From the human T2T-CHM13v2.0 reference genome, Homo sapiens: DNA of 64,000 nucleotides. Under the pieces are notes generated by a model. That model was given only the letters and a program-made list of their open reading frames with translations, was not told the DNA's origin and ran no database searches. Positions within the stretch are counted from its first letter, which is position 1. Every line of letters begins with the position of its first letter. The position numbers were made by a program, and so were the translations under genes. This document shows, one piece after another, positions 24,668 through 39,200 of this stretch. The stretch is taken from the NCBI RefSeq assembly GCF_009914755.1, contig NC_060927.1; one strand, given 5' to 3'.

Positions 24668-27600
24668 CGGCGTGTGCCGTGTTGGGGGAGTGTGATGTGG
24701 GGGAATCAGTTAATTTGGTGATTGCAATGAAAATTCGACACCGCTAGATGTATTTTCCCTGCCAATCTGTGTGTGCTGGCCCCGGCCGGTCAATGCACAC
24801 ACTGCTGGGCTGCTGCGAAATTATTTATTATAGAGCATGTGGGCCATGGACTGCACTTGGGGTCGCCTCCTCTCTTCCTTCAACATTTCCCTGTGAATTG
24901 TCTATTCAGTGCAGTGCGAAATAACTGTTTGCTGGTGCCTCTCTCTCAGCCTGGAGGAGGATTTACTCTTTCTCTACCCGGAGAGATTCCATCAGCAGCA
25001 TTCAGGCATGAGTCTCTTTTATTGAGTATGTAAACCAATGATTAAGACAGTGCTGCTTTTCACAGCAGACTGGGGAGCGGGGGGTGCGGGGAAGGGGTGT
25101 GAGTATAGCCGAGAAAATGCACCACTGCAACCAGCAGCAACACCAGCATTAGGTCCAATAAATAAATAAATAAATAAATAAAGGTTCTATACAGCAACCA
25201 GGGAAAGAGCACAAGTCCATCCATGTCTGTGGACTTAGGAGCATCTTAGATCAGGCCATATGAATACACTAAAAGAGATACGAGGATTTAAAAAAAAAAA
25301 AAAGAAAGAAAGAGGAGGGGTCACAAAGCACCACTGGATTGTCTTCTCATGTTTATGGCTGCCTCACATTTATTCATCAAACACTGCTCCACAGACACAT
25401 CATAGTTTGTTGATATTGTCAGTTTTTGCTCAAATTGCTCATGCCTTCCTTGTCTTAGGCTTGGCTGAGAACATTGTTTCGGGGTTCAGATTTATGTTTC
25501 TTCCCCTACCCTACTGTTTTATTAGGACTTGGTTAGGTTGTAAAATGAAGGCTTTATTTTCTGGACATAGATTAAATACTTAGCGGGTCTTTCTATGTGC
25601 GGGGAGAAAAGGGTGGCGGGGGAACTAGTGAGCGACTGATTTTGGCTAGAGGGAGTCTGCCCTGCCTGCTAGTAGTTATGACTAGGCAAATACTATAGTC
25701 AGTCATTAGCTTCTTTTTTTTAGCTTTATCAGCACTATAGTGATATTCACTTAAGTAATACTAATCAGTTTATTTATCCCATGTATTACTATTCTCTTTC
25801 TTTCAGTATCATTATTAAAGACAAGAAGACTCATTTGAACATATCTTCTCCATGTTTCTGTGTTTTAACTGACTGTATTTTATATTATCACCTATATTTT
25901 TTACCTTTTTTCTGGGAAGCAAAATCAATTTTCTGGCTTGTTAATATGTGGAGTGATAAGCCAGTGGTGAGAATCTAGTCAATGATAAAATGAGTTTTTT
26001 TTAAAAGGCTTACTTAATTCTATAACATCTGCCAGTTTGTCCTCATCCTCATCGTGTCTTTAGGAAATGAATAATAGATAGGGAATAAACATATGCTTTT
26101 GGCTAAACATTTGTTTGGCCAAAGTATAACTTGGAATGTAGGCTACTTAAATAGCAAAATTTCATTTGGTGTTCAGTTACAATGTGTCTTTTCTTATTTT
26201 CCCTCATCATAGAAAGAGGAAAATCTGGAGTAAGCGCAAGGGACACATTACAGAAATGAATTTCTTTGCAAGGAAAGCTTGCCACCTGTAACTAAGTCCT
26301 CTCTTGGCTATACAGTAGATCCAGTTCAATTGCTAACCCTTGCTGAAACCTTATGCCTTTCCATGCCTGAGGGGGCACTGCAAAGATGGAGAGAATGCCC
26401 TGGGTAGCACAGGAAACAATTCTGGAAAGGGCAAAAAAGAAACAAGGGCAAAATATAACAAGAAATAATCATGCATACATGCATACAAGACCTCATTTTG
26501 TTGAGAACTGTGTTTACTTTTTGGAATTAGTCGTATAAAAAAGCACCTCCAAGACAGATACTGGGGCTTTAGGTTTTTTTGTTTGTTTGTTTGTTTGTTT
26601 TTTGCCGTGGTATATTCTGGTAAATTATTTGTTACATTTAGTAAAAATATAACACAAGCACAATTTAATTTGAATATACATTCAAATTAAATCTCATTGG
26701 ACGTACATAATACTTGCCTCAGTATCTGTCATGAACCTCACCTTACATTTTTAGAAAGCACATTATAATACATCTTATATACACTTAATGAAATACTTAC
26801 GCTTCCTAAAAGCATATCTTTCCAACTATTTTACCTTTACATGTATTAACTTTAGTCTTGGCAAGCTCATTTCTTATGCCAAATGCAGTTCTTGAAATAC
26901 AGTTTTCTCACTCCCTTTTTTGATTAACATAAACTTTGGAAAGTGGAGCCTATATACTTAAATGCAATAACTGTGGCTTAAATAGTCAAACATCAGACAA
27001 TTGGTAATTAAGAAAATCTTTGCAAATATAAGGAGTTTCTAGACTAGTTTTATATCAAGATGTGGAAGCTTACTTCATTGTCTTTTTCCCATTTCTATAA
27101 CTATTAGAACTCTGGGAACATAACATGACAAAGCTAAGTATCAACTGAGATGATCTGTTCTTGTGTCCTTCATTAGAAGATAAGACATTTGAAAACTATT
27201 TGTCACACAATTAAATAGTGGTAGAATGTCATTTTTCTTAAAGAAAAAAATACTTAAATCACTTAAAGAGCAAAATGGAAGTGCAAAAATGTTGGAAGAC
27301 ATCCTAAGCATGCATTTGAAAGTGGCCTGGAATCAACACCAAATGACATGAATTTTCTCCTTAAGTAGTCTGTGGTATATCAATGATTGAGACAAGTAAG
27401 CCTTATTTACTATGAAGGATTTGGGGGTACATTAATAATCAAATATAGACCTAATGTCATATGGATGTTTTATTTGATCTTGCTGACAAGTGCTCTATGA
27501 TATTTATTGAGAAATAATCCTCATTTTATTAGACTGTATTAAACCCATTGGCTAAGTCACCTATTCTGTAGCAGCTAGCTGAATAGATTGAGGAAGTAGA

Positions 27601-30600
27601 GAGAAGGAAAATCACAAACCAAGGAGGCCGACTCAAAACTGAAGTCAAAAGCCCTTTGTTGAATTGGCAGATATTGGTCTGATTTACTCTCTTAAAATAG
27701 TTCTAGTGCCCAACAATTATTATACTTAAGCTTCCTGAGGGCAAGCTCTGAGCCTCACATAGCTATGCAATTTTCTTATCCTCATTTTAGTAGATGCATA
27801 AACAGTCATGTTGGATTGAATAATATATATGTCCTAATTACTTGTGATGGGATTAAATGATCTCTTCTTTTCATAATATGAAAGCACTCATACTTTGTCA
27901 AGTCACATAAGAGTTAATTTTGACATTTTGTAAGCTATATTGGTTTATGAAAGTTATCCTAAAGTATCACATAAATAGTTCTTAATATACATCTTTAAGT
28001 GAATTCAATCTGATCAGTCATTTTTAACATTTTTCCTACCATTTTTTTCTTTTCCTTGATTAAAAACCCCAGATACTTTACATTAGATTAGATCATAAAC
28101 TAATTTCATAAAAAATGAAGGACACAATTTAAATTTACTGATTTAACCTAAAATATTTAAAAGGACACGTTCATTGCCAACATTTTATTTGAAAATGTCA
28201 AGCATTTTTGGAGTGCAATTCTGTTGTATCAAGAAAGGCATCTTCTGCAAATTCCTTGTGTAAAGAGGTGGGTGAGGATTAACCTAGAGCTGTGGCAGCT
28301 GAAGCCCCCTGCTGTGTGATGATGCAAATGGCATCTCAGGCCTAATGTGCTCTGCAGAGGCCACAAACTCACAGGAAAGCAGTCATGTGGCATGAGAGTG
28401 AAATGGGAAGTCTTTTTCATAGCTTGTAGTGGACATAAAACATCCTTTAGCTTTTTATAACCAGAAATGATCCAGAGTATTTGTAATCACATGAGGTTAT
28501 GACAAAGCAAAAGAGAGAACATATATTTTGTTTAGAGATGAATAAAATCCTACTAAAACTATCAACATTTTCATCCAATGAATGGTGAACATTTAATTTT
28601 CTTCCAAACTATCGGGAACATAGGTCAGTTTAATGAAGATGAATAGCAAAATTAAAATAGGATTTCCATGCTATTTTTTACGTGTGTTGGACTTAATAAC
28701 TGTTGGGCTGGGAAGCATTCTGTTATCCAGTTCTTCCTTCAGTGAGTAAGGAGTTAGTCCTTTAATCTCATTCTTATTAGAGCATTTCCTGTACTATGAA
28801 AATATAGCAGTTTCTTTACAAAATAGGAGTTAACTGTTCAGTGTCTCTTCAGTTTATTTAGTGTTGTCAAGTATAATTTGTGTTATGTCACATCAATAGA
28901 GAATGTTTCCTATCTGCACAATATTATTTATCACATAGGCAAAGTCATCTGATATGTTCTCTAAAAATGTAAGAGTTATAAACCCACTGTTATAGCATTA
29001 AACCCTATCAGATAAAAGGAACTAACGTAGCTTTGTATATTTTGATTCCATTTGCCACAGAACAAAAAACTGAACATGTTATACATACTGATTTTTACTA
29101 AGTAGTGAGCCCAGTTGGTCCTGTTAATGTGTTCAGTGGATTTCCTTAAGCATATACGAAACCGTTTTCATCTTAGAAGCATGCAGCCTATTTAAAAATT
29201 AGTGAAGTAAATATTCTGCTTAAGTAGGGATCAGTTAAATATTAATGTCAAAATCAGAGATGTAATTATTGAGTATGGAAATATTCCACAGTCACTTATT
29301 TATATATATGCACATATATACACATTTAAGTATGTCATTATTTTTAAGACTGAAGAACATCTTTATTAATTTTGTAATTAGAGTTTAGGGCTTTCAGGGA
29401 TGTATAATAGAATGATGGAAAAGTTAAGAGTTTGTTTTGTTTTTACTCATTGTGTTCTTTTACTCTTTCAATTAAGGTTAAGAATTTTATTTTTTTTTAA
29501 AGTAAATTTTCTCAGGCTGCAACAACGATTAACAAGACTTCCACAAAAAAACACACACACAAGTCTTACAATTTATGAAATAACAATAGGGTTGAGTATT
29601 CTGCATCTATCTTTGTGCTTATGAAACTGAGTGATAAGAACTTGTTACTACTTGAATAGATACAGAGCTAAGTTAGTAAGATCTGCCATAGAGAGAGGGG
29701 GCCATTAACTATTCACATTATATTTTAGAGGTCTTTGAAGTAAATATTAACACAGTCATTGTTCAATTTTGGAAACAACTCTTTCTGAGTCAGCAAATCA
29801 TTTTCACTTGAATATTTAAATTATCTTTCAGCCATTTCATTGTTGAAGAGGAAGTCCCTGTCTAGTCATAGTTAAGGAGTTTTTCCAGGGGTTAAATACT
29901 GATGTCATTAGGCATTGCTTAGAAAATAAAAATAAGCATACTTTTGCTTTCAGAAAAAAAAATCTCAAAGCTAAATGTGATCAAATAGTGCAAATAATTT
30001 CACATTATAAGAAAACAAAGTCCTTTAAAAAGTCAAATTGAGTTTCTAAAAATTTTATATATTTTATGATGGTTAATTTACAGTAAGGATACATTGCTTA
30101 TCTAAAGTTGTCCTTGAGAACAGAATGAGAACATACCTTTCCTGACAAAGATATGCTGCCGACTGCTAAGTGTATAGCTGTTATATTGATTTGCTATAAT
30201 TTATAAAGCCAATTAATTTATTATTGTAAGGAAATATTTTTACCTTTAGGCTAAAATTGTTTGTATTCTAAAATGCAGGTGCCTTCCATAATGCTTATTT
30301 AAACATCAAGGCCTAAAATTTATAGTGTGTAAAAAAAGTCCTAATTTTCTTAATAAATTCATATTTTATATTAACTTCTCCTGTATCCCCCATGGGGGAA
30401 AGTGTCCATGACATTCATAACTTCCGTTCATTCTGATACCTTTTACATCTCTTGTTTTTCAATCTGGAGTTGTAGGCTTAAGTTTAAATGAGAAATAATG
30501 TATTATGAATTAGAATATTTATATGTAAAAGCAAAGAAAAATATATAGTAAGCTTTTTATTTAATTGCCATTTCTTTACTGCTCTCTATTTTATGTGCTG

Positions 30601-33600
30601 AAGTCCGAATAGTAACTCGGCTTCCTTTATACTCTCCAGGAATATAATATCCCTCCCATTCCCTGCCCATGCTACTGACTTGAAAGATCCATTAAAATAA
30701 ATTAATGGGGAATGAAGAATAAAGAAGTGTTTTGCTAAAGGATATGTACAGAATATGTACAGATTGGGTGTTTTTCCTTTCAACCCCCAAGGAGCACACC
30801 CCAGCGTTTTAGCAAGGATAAAACATGTGCAATGTGTATTGACTTGTTTTTGTTATTGTTACTATTGCATTTTTTTGAAAGCTCCATTCCGTAATCTCTT
30901 AATAAAAATGGCAAAAAGAAGGGGAAAGGAATGTGAGTCAGCCAGCCAAACACACAGAGAAAGGCCTGGCAAAGCTGCCTAAATTAGCATATGCTAGGCT
31001 GAGTATTTCCCTCTGTTGTTACATAATCCCTTTCTAATACGAAATCAGTTCTCATACTTAACCCTTTCAGGAGGTTTGGAATTCTCCCACTGTTATATTT
31101 TTATTTTGCTTCATTTATTTTCTCATGAATTGTGTAAATCATCTATTCAAGGGCTTTTATGTCAAGTTCTTTTTTTCCCTCTCCAGCCCTTCTGTATACA
31201 AATGTTCCATTCTGTGTCCAACTTCAGGATTCAAGAATCAACTTTTCTATAGCTTCCACTGAGAGGATCTAATTAGCATTTTAGTCTCCCTTTACTCATG
31301 TGCAGCTTTCTTTAGAAAATGTATTAGTTCTACGAGGTTCCCCTAAGGATTCATAATACTCTAGTTTGTTACATGTTCTGTGATATTCAATGTGCCTTAA
31401 TTATGCACGTGTCCTCATTTCAAAGCCTTTTCAGGGATCATGTGGGATAGAACAGGGGTCTGGCTGTAAGTTCACTGTCATGTATTAATGTGTAGGTGGT
31501 ATTCAGAGAAGGATGTTTCTGAAGGCAATTATATATCTATGACTCCAATATAGCAAGCAGTTACTCACATTCTGCACTTACTAGTTATCCTGCCAAGGCA
31601 GAATTAAATTCACCATTGTGATACATAATACAGTATCTGTTATTTCTAAATAACAGATACTGCTCTAGGATTGAAATAAAATAATGAGTGAAAATGTGTA
31701 TCCCCTACCCTGAATAGGGATTGTTCCTTTCACTTTCCCAAACAAAAAGAAGAATCAGAAATTGTTCCTAAGTCAATACTCTATTCCTTAACTAGCCCAT
31801 TAACACATCTTGCTATGGTGGGATCTTGAAGTTTTGCTGGTTTTTATGTGAGGCTGTAGATATTTAAGCAGTATTAATTGCCTGCAATCTTTATGGACTG
31901 CCAAATATCAGTGCATTGCCAAATTTGAGACATTTTATTTTCGGGTTTTAATTTGGATGCAATTTGAATACTGGTGGAAGTATAGAGAGACGCTGAACTC
32001 AACAGAGAGAGACAGACATCTTTTTCTTAAAGAGACTTCAATTGTGGAGAGATTGCTATAAGAATTGGCTTGTTTTGTATGTGTTATCACTTAACAAGGG
32101 GGATACTTTCTTATATTACATGAGTATGAGAGTGCATTTGTCTTAATTGTACCCTTTGACTTACATGTCTTCCTCTGTGTCTTATGTCATAAGAAAATGG
32201 TGGTTTAATTTGTAACTGCAACTTGTGTCTTTTATTCTTTTATTTATGCTTATGGCAATAAAAAGCGTTTTATAAGCTGATATAATAAATATGTTTTGAC
32301 AATTTTTGTTTGATTATTTTACACAATAGCATAATTTTTGAAGCTATAGTTTTAGTTTTAGTAGACAAAAGAATGCCATCTGCCCTCTATTGATTATTTT
32401 AAGCATTTATGTGTTCTTATTTCATGAGAGAACTGAGCATTTGATTTTGTCTATTCTGTGATCTATATAAAACTTCGTATATTATTATTATAGTATTTTG
32501 ACTAATCGAATGTCTGGTCTATCTTTTTTTTTAATGTTTTCATTCCACTGATTGATTAGTTTTCTTCTAAAAGATTTAATCTTGACACAACTCTTTAATT
32601 GGATCTAGATAATATTTAAGTATTTACATTATAACTGCCAAAATGCCAATACAGTACTCCAAATAGAATAAATATTTGCAGTGACTTTTCATTTATATGT
32701 AATACACAGGAAGAAGACAGAAATGCACCCCAAGAAACAAAAATAATACTAAATAATGGTGTACTTAACAAAAATATGAATTAATTGCTTTCAGTCAGGG
32801 TAGTCAATTCAAATTTGCACTGTAAACATTTATTTGAATCTTCCCGATATCTTTGGGTATTTAACCCCTTATCTTTAATCTACTTTCTAAAGATTTTATT
32901 TCTAGCTTCAAAAATATTCCTGATGATGACTTTGGTTAAACGTGAAGCCACATTATCTTCTTGTTCTACTTTGAGTAGCTGGCATTTCCGGATAAATGTA
33001 TAAACAAAGAGGAATTACAAGCTGACCTTGATCCACCAGATTATGTGTGGACTGACCTGCTTTTTTTTTTTTTTTTTTTTTTTACTGCCAAGCTAGAGAG
33101 TAGAGGTTCTCTGATTAGTCCCTGAAGTGAAGATTCAGGGTGCATTCTTCTCAGTTAACTGGAAGAGATTCTGTCAGTATTATTTAAAAGGCCCTTTAAA
33201 AATTCTAAATGTTAGTCTATTTGTGTTTTTAATGTTTAGTTATTTATACTTATGCAGTTGATGACACATATATGCTGTGATTGAATTTGATTTTTTTTTT
33301 TTGCATTTGAAAGATAGAGGTAGGATGGAAATATTATCTGCCTTTTAAAGAAAATATAAGTACAGTTACTGGAAACTCGAAACCAAGGGAGAAAAGACTC
33401 TACAATTTGTAGTGACTATATTTTCACATAAAGTGTTTTAAGAATACTTTTTCTAAAAAGTCCCAGTGAAATGCGACTTTTCTTAAAAGTCATATAGTTT
33501 TTCTTCACATTTTAAAAATCAATTTCCCTGATGTCTTGTGGATTTTTGACTGTTTCATGACTCTTAGCATTTGAAAAGATATTATTAACTAGACTAGCTT

Positions 33601-35084
33601 AAGATTTACCTGAATGCCAGGTGCGGAAATCACTCTGTCATCCTCATAGAGAAATATATATTCTGTAAATAAATGTCAAATGAAGATAAACTAGCAAAAT
33701 TTATTAAGGATTCTTGCCGCTTTATACAGTTGGTATTAAGAATTATATTCTCTCATAGCTTCTATTAGCACCTAGTCTTGCTTTATGTTAAACCATGTCT
33801 GTATGATGCTACAGTTGCAGAATAAACCTTCTCTAACATGGCTTCTGTTTGGCCCCTGCTCATCAACTTTTCAGAGACTAGTGAATTAAAGGGAAGGTAG
33901 TTTTTGTTGCAATTTTTGTTGGAGGCAATTTTTGTTGACTATTTCACTGTTTCAGTGAAACATTTTAATATGTTACTGAATTTATTCATTATATTGAGGA
34001 TATTCCTGTAACCTATGGTTAAATATGACATATTTTAATTTTTTTGTGTGTAGCCACATAATATCTGAAATTGGAACTGTGAGGAAAAGCTATACCTTCC
34101 TATTTTCAAGACTTTTAGTCGTAATGATTCACTTAAAATTGAATTTCAGTTTGTTATAAGAAAGAAACACCTTTACCTGTTACTTTACATGCAAAAGCAT
34201 TTCAGACCAACATTCTTGTCCAGAGGCACAAAATTAAAAACAATATCCATAATATTTAGCAAACAAATATTACACTAAAAGTACTGATTTTATAGAAAGA
34301 CTGTTGCACAAAAAGTATTGATTTTACGGAAAGATTTCATGATAAGTAACATGAAAAAGAAGTTGTATGTTCAATAACATTTACAAACATATTTTTAAAA
34401 ATCAAGTAAAATTTATACAGGATAGTTTCATGTTCATTGGCTTGCTTTTTTATCAACATAGAAATGCTAGGGATGAGGTAAAACTAATGGTGTTACCATT
34501 TAGTAACTCCATTTCTCCATATCATTTCATTTCCATGAAATTTACAATGCTATAATAAAAGTATTCTAGAGAGATAAGAACTGCATAGTATTATAGAGGT
34601 CTGGTGGAAGTCACTAATTTATTTTAAACTTTATCTCGCTTTACCCAATTTTATTGACTGTGCAAGTATAGACTATCAACAAAGCAGAACATATTATCCC
34701 TGAAAGATACAACAGCATAAGAGTACATGTTTTAATAAAACAAATATGCTTGATGGGTATGGACAGACTGGGGAGATTAATATTTCTTATCATTTAATGA
34801 TGGACTAACTATAAGGTAAAAGTAAATTCGATCAGGCATTAGGGATATTTTCTCCCAGGAAATTCTCATCACCTAGCCATACCATGATGGAGTATAGAGG
34901 TGGATTGGTAATAGAGGAATGAAGTGGAACACAAGCAGCAGACATGGTCAAATTGTGGTTCGTGTGGAAGTGGTAGTGAGATTGGTCTGGTGCAGGTCTT
35001 TTATTTTGTAGTGAGGGTTCTTTATGCTGTAAAGGGAGGAGCTATCAATGGACTAATTAAAACTTTGATTTTGGAAGTGCCTTA

Positions 35085-35220
35085 CAGCAGTAAGACATGA
35101 TGGTAGGAAGCAAGAGACCTAAGTTCTCAGGCAAGCCGTGTCACGGTCTCACTGGCCTTGAGCAAGTTACTTCTCTTGTAGCTTAGTTTTTTCAGCTGTA
35201 GACTGAGTGGTTGGAACCAC
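35085..35220 (+). mobile_element. MIR
   Basis: GACCTAAGTTCT...CCTTGAGCAAGTTACTT core. Confidence 0.55.
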
Positions 35221-35741
35221 ATTCATTCTTTGGTGATGTATTGTAGAAGGAACTTATGGATGATTGCAAACTGCAGAGATGGCATTTTTCTTTTTCCTTT
35301 CCACCTAAAGATGTTTTATAACATAGTATAACATTAACTGCATGCTCTTAAAATAGCATTTCCTAAAATTTAACTTTTTATATCCATCTATGCATTGTTT
35401 AGTGCTTAAGGATTTTACATATGTAAACAGATTTTTTATTGTGATATATGTGCCTCTGTAAATTTCAGAGCTTTTCTTTCTCTGTCAATGAAGTTTATAA
35501 ATTAATTTTGTAGCCATTGGCCTGAGTTTGAGCCATACATACTTTTCTCACAAAATCACATCCATAGATCAATTCTATAAATTAGGAAATTGATTCCTTT
35601 GTCATTTTTATTATTAGGAAGTGGACTGGATAAGGTTTTTCAATTTTGAGTTTGATTTCATATTTCTGTGCATTTCATGTACATTAAAAATTTTCTGTGG
35701 TCATTTTATTCTTCATAGCCTTTGGTTTTCTGAAGCATAAC

Positions 35742-35885
35742 TTATTCATTCGTTGATTCATTTATCAACAAATACCTATTTGAAGGCAGTGTTGTAAAAT
35801 GCTGGATGTATAAATGAACAAGATGGAAAGAGTCTCTGCCCTTATGGAGTTTACAGTCTAGTGTTGGCCACATAATAAACAAATC
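35742..35885 (-). mobile_element. L2 3' fragment
   Basis: TTCATTCGTTGATTCATTTATCAACAAATA...TCTCTGCCCTTATGGAGTTTACAGTCTAG. Confidence 0.7.
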
Positions 35886-35904
35886 AAAATACATAATTCC
35901 TTTC

Positions 35905-36244
<340 letters not shown>

Positions 36245-39200
36245 TGAATCAAAATTAGACATTTTATTTTTATAGTAATATCTTTCAACAGCAACAGAAT
36301 GCAGATATATCAATGAGGATGTGAAATCACTGCTTTACAACAATGCTGTAAACCTCACTGGGCTTTTAACATTTTTTTTTTAAATTTAAGGTTAAAGAGC
36401 TCTCATTTCCTCCAGTCGTTTATCCTGAAAACGTTCTCAGTATGATGCCAGTTTCTTTATTTTTATTATTGTTAATACAACTTGAAAGAACCTGACAGGT
36501 GAAAAAGAAATATTCAAGAATGCTCTATTCTAACTGATTTGTTCGAGAGGATGATTCATTTAATTTCATAAAGACTCAGTGGTCCAGAACAGTGGGTGAC
36601 CAGGTCAGCAGAGGGAATGTAGGGGAGAAGAGGTCTGTGAGAAGGAACTATGTAACAAGCAACAATATTTAGTTTTTTTAGACCTAGAGTTCTGCTTGAG
36701 CAATTCTGATGTTACCAGCAACATTCATTCAAAGAGCCGCTGATGCCTCAGGGAAAACATTTTTAAAGTGTCCTATCTAGAAACAATGCTCCTTACACTG
36801 TGTCATATATATTAAAACTCCCGCCTTGCTTATATTACAATACATCATGCTTGGTTAAAACCTATACTAACATAATTTGGCTTTTTGAAAGTGTCAGTTA
36901 AATGTTGTTCCTTAAACTTTTATTCAATATGTTTGAAATATTAACCACCTGGTCAACAAAGCTGAAGAATACATGGGGATACCATTTAAGAAGTTTAAAA
37001 ATAAAATGAATTTTTATACAATTATTTAAAACATTGGAGAGAAACACACATCATATGAACAGGCTACAAATATTCTTGGCATCATATTTTACTTCCTTTA
37101 ATATTTAACTTTGATGATCCCAAGATGGGAATGATACCACATTTCTAACAGATTGTATGGTATTTTTGAATATTACTATTTATTGGCTAGTGATATCTCT
37201 GGAATGGATGATATACATGTTAAAATAGACAAGCGAACTCTGTAATTATATGTATATATATATATATACTTTGGAAATCATAATGATGGTGGTCTAGCAT
37301 TTATAATAGTTCAGTTTAGGGACTTACTTATTTGGATTATACACAGTAATATAATCCACAGTTAGAAAAACCTGTGCTTACCCATTAACTTTAATTTTAC
37401 TTTCTTTTGGTTTTAAAAGAAACTTTAATTCAAGTAAATGCAGTCTTGCAGGTGATAAATGGCTAGAGTATAGTTTTATATTAAATGATTTATTTTGAAA
37501 TATATTAAGTTTTCCTAAGTCAGAGATGCATACATGTTTGGAAACTTTTATAAAGGGAACTAGGTGGTGCTGTTCTGTCATCTTTGTGTCTTAGTGACTT
37601 CTTTGGTCCTGTTCTGTTCATTAAATACTCTCATACAAGAAGTGCATTAAGTAAGGCATAGCTTTGGTTTCCTAGTGGTATTATGTTTTACTAACCAACT
37701 AAGTTTATATTGATTTTGTATCATTGTTTTCAGCAGTATTTTTGTACAGTAGATAAAAACCTTCCTAAGAAGCAAGATATATCACACTTTATTACTTACC
37801 TCATTTCTGTAACATTTAAGATAATATATTACATTCTGATATCTTCAAATTTTTTATTATGTTTTTTAAAACCTCATAGTTGGCTTTTTATTTACCAAAT
37901 CTTTGATTATTATTAGAGTCAGAAGTTAAAATGATAACATTTTTGTACAGTTTGGGTTGATTTAGTGTAAAATGCTGCAAATATGTGATCTCAAGAAAAA
38001 GCATTTATTTCTAACCATTATTTGAAATATTACTAATTGCATTAAGTTTTTAAACAAAAGAAAAGAGAAAGCTTTCTCTTGAAAGGAAATTTTGTTTGCC
38101 TAATTTACCTCCCTTTCAAGAAAAGTGACCTCAATTAGGCTGTCTGTTAATCTTTTCAAGTTTCAAGATGTTATTAAGATAATTGTGCCTTCCCATAATC
38201 TTGGTGCTACCTGATAGTCAAAAATAAAACAGTTATTTAAAACAAAATAAGTAAACAACAAACAAACAAAGTTATTTCACTCTCCATCTATATTTAGTAC
38301 ACTGGTATCTCTGTGGTATATTTTATTGGTAATAATTATAGCTTCTTTCAGATACCTTTACATTTTGGAAAGGCAAATAAGAGAAAACTTATAAGGGATT
38401 GCATTTTTTTTCATCAAAAATCATCCGGTGTACTGTATAAGCAATTGTAAGTTACGTTTCTTAAGGATTTTGTAATGCCATCTCTGAAGCATATATTATA
38501 TATTTTCTAATGAAAACCCGGATATAAAGTAATGAAGTTACTCTAAGAGTTTTAACCAAATACCTCCTTGTAGAATTGTAATTTTGCATACCTATCATTT
38601 TGAGTGGGGAAAGGTAATTTATATCCTTTATTTCTCACATAATAAATCCCCCTTGCTGCTACTTAGATCATAAAAACTTTAAGTTTTACCCTAATAGGAA
38701 ACTCAACATTATAGAGAAAACTCTTTGTGTTTTCTGTTATTTTGCAAGTCTTTTATCTGTGGAAGACAGAATCAATACAGAATTTCAAAATGCTTCCACA
38801 GGATGTCATCTTACAATGTAGAGAGATAATCTCTGAGATGAACATCTTCTAAACTAATAAGCATAAGTGAATGCACTGCTAGACCTCTGTGCTCTTGTCT
38901 GGCCTCCCCAAACAAAATGAAAATCAAAAGTATTATAAGAGTTTAGAATGGGGGCTCTGCTTAAAAGAACTGGGATTGTTTATTCACAAGGATGCCTTCA
39001 TTTTCTATTGAATGAAAGTTTTCCTAAGGAGAATTGGGTAATTCCCATTTTATACCACCATAACCTTAAATTATGAAGAAACCTAATGGTAAATAGATAA
39101 AATATTTAAGATTATATAAAAAGTATGTCTTGGGGAGTAATTATTTGTATTATAATACTTTCTAGCTTTTAGTTACTGTGTTATGGGAATAAAGTGTGAA

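Noticed and set aside
24769-24802. Small hairpin GTGTGTGC...GCACACAC as a possible miRNA
   Set aside because: Too short for a pre-miRNA, and the stem is low-complexity TG/CA.
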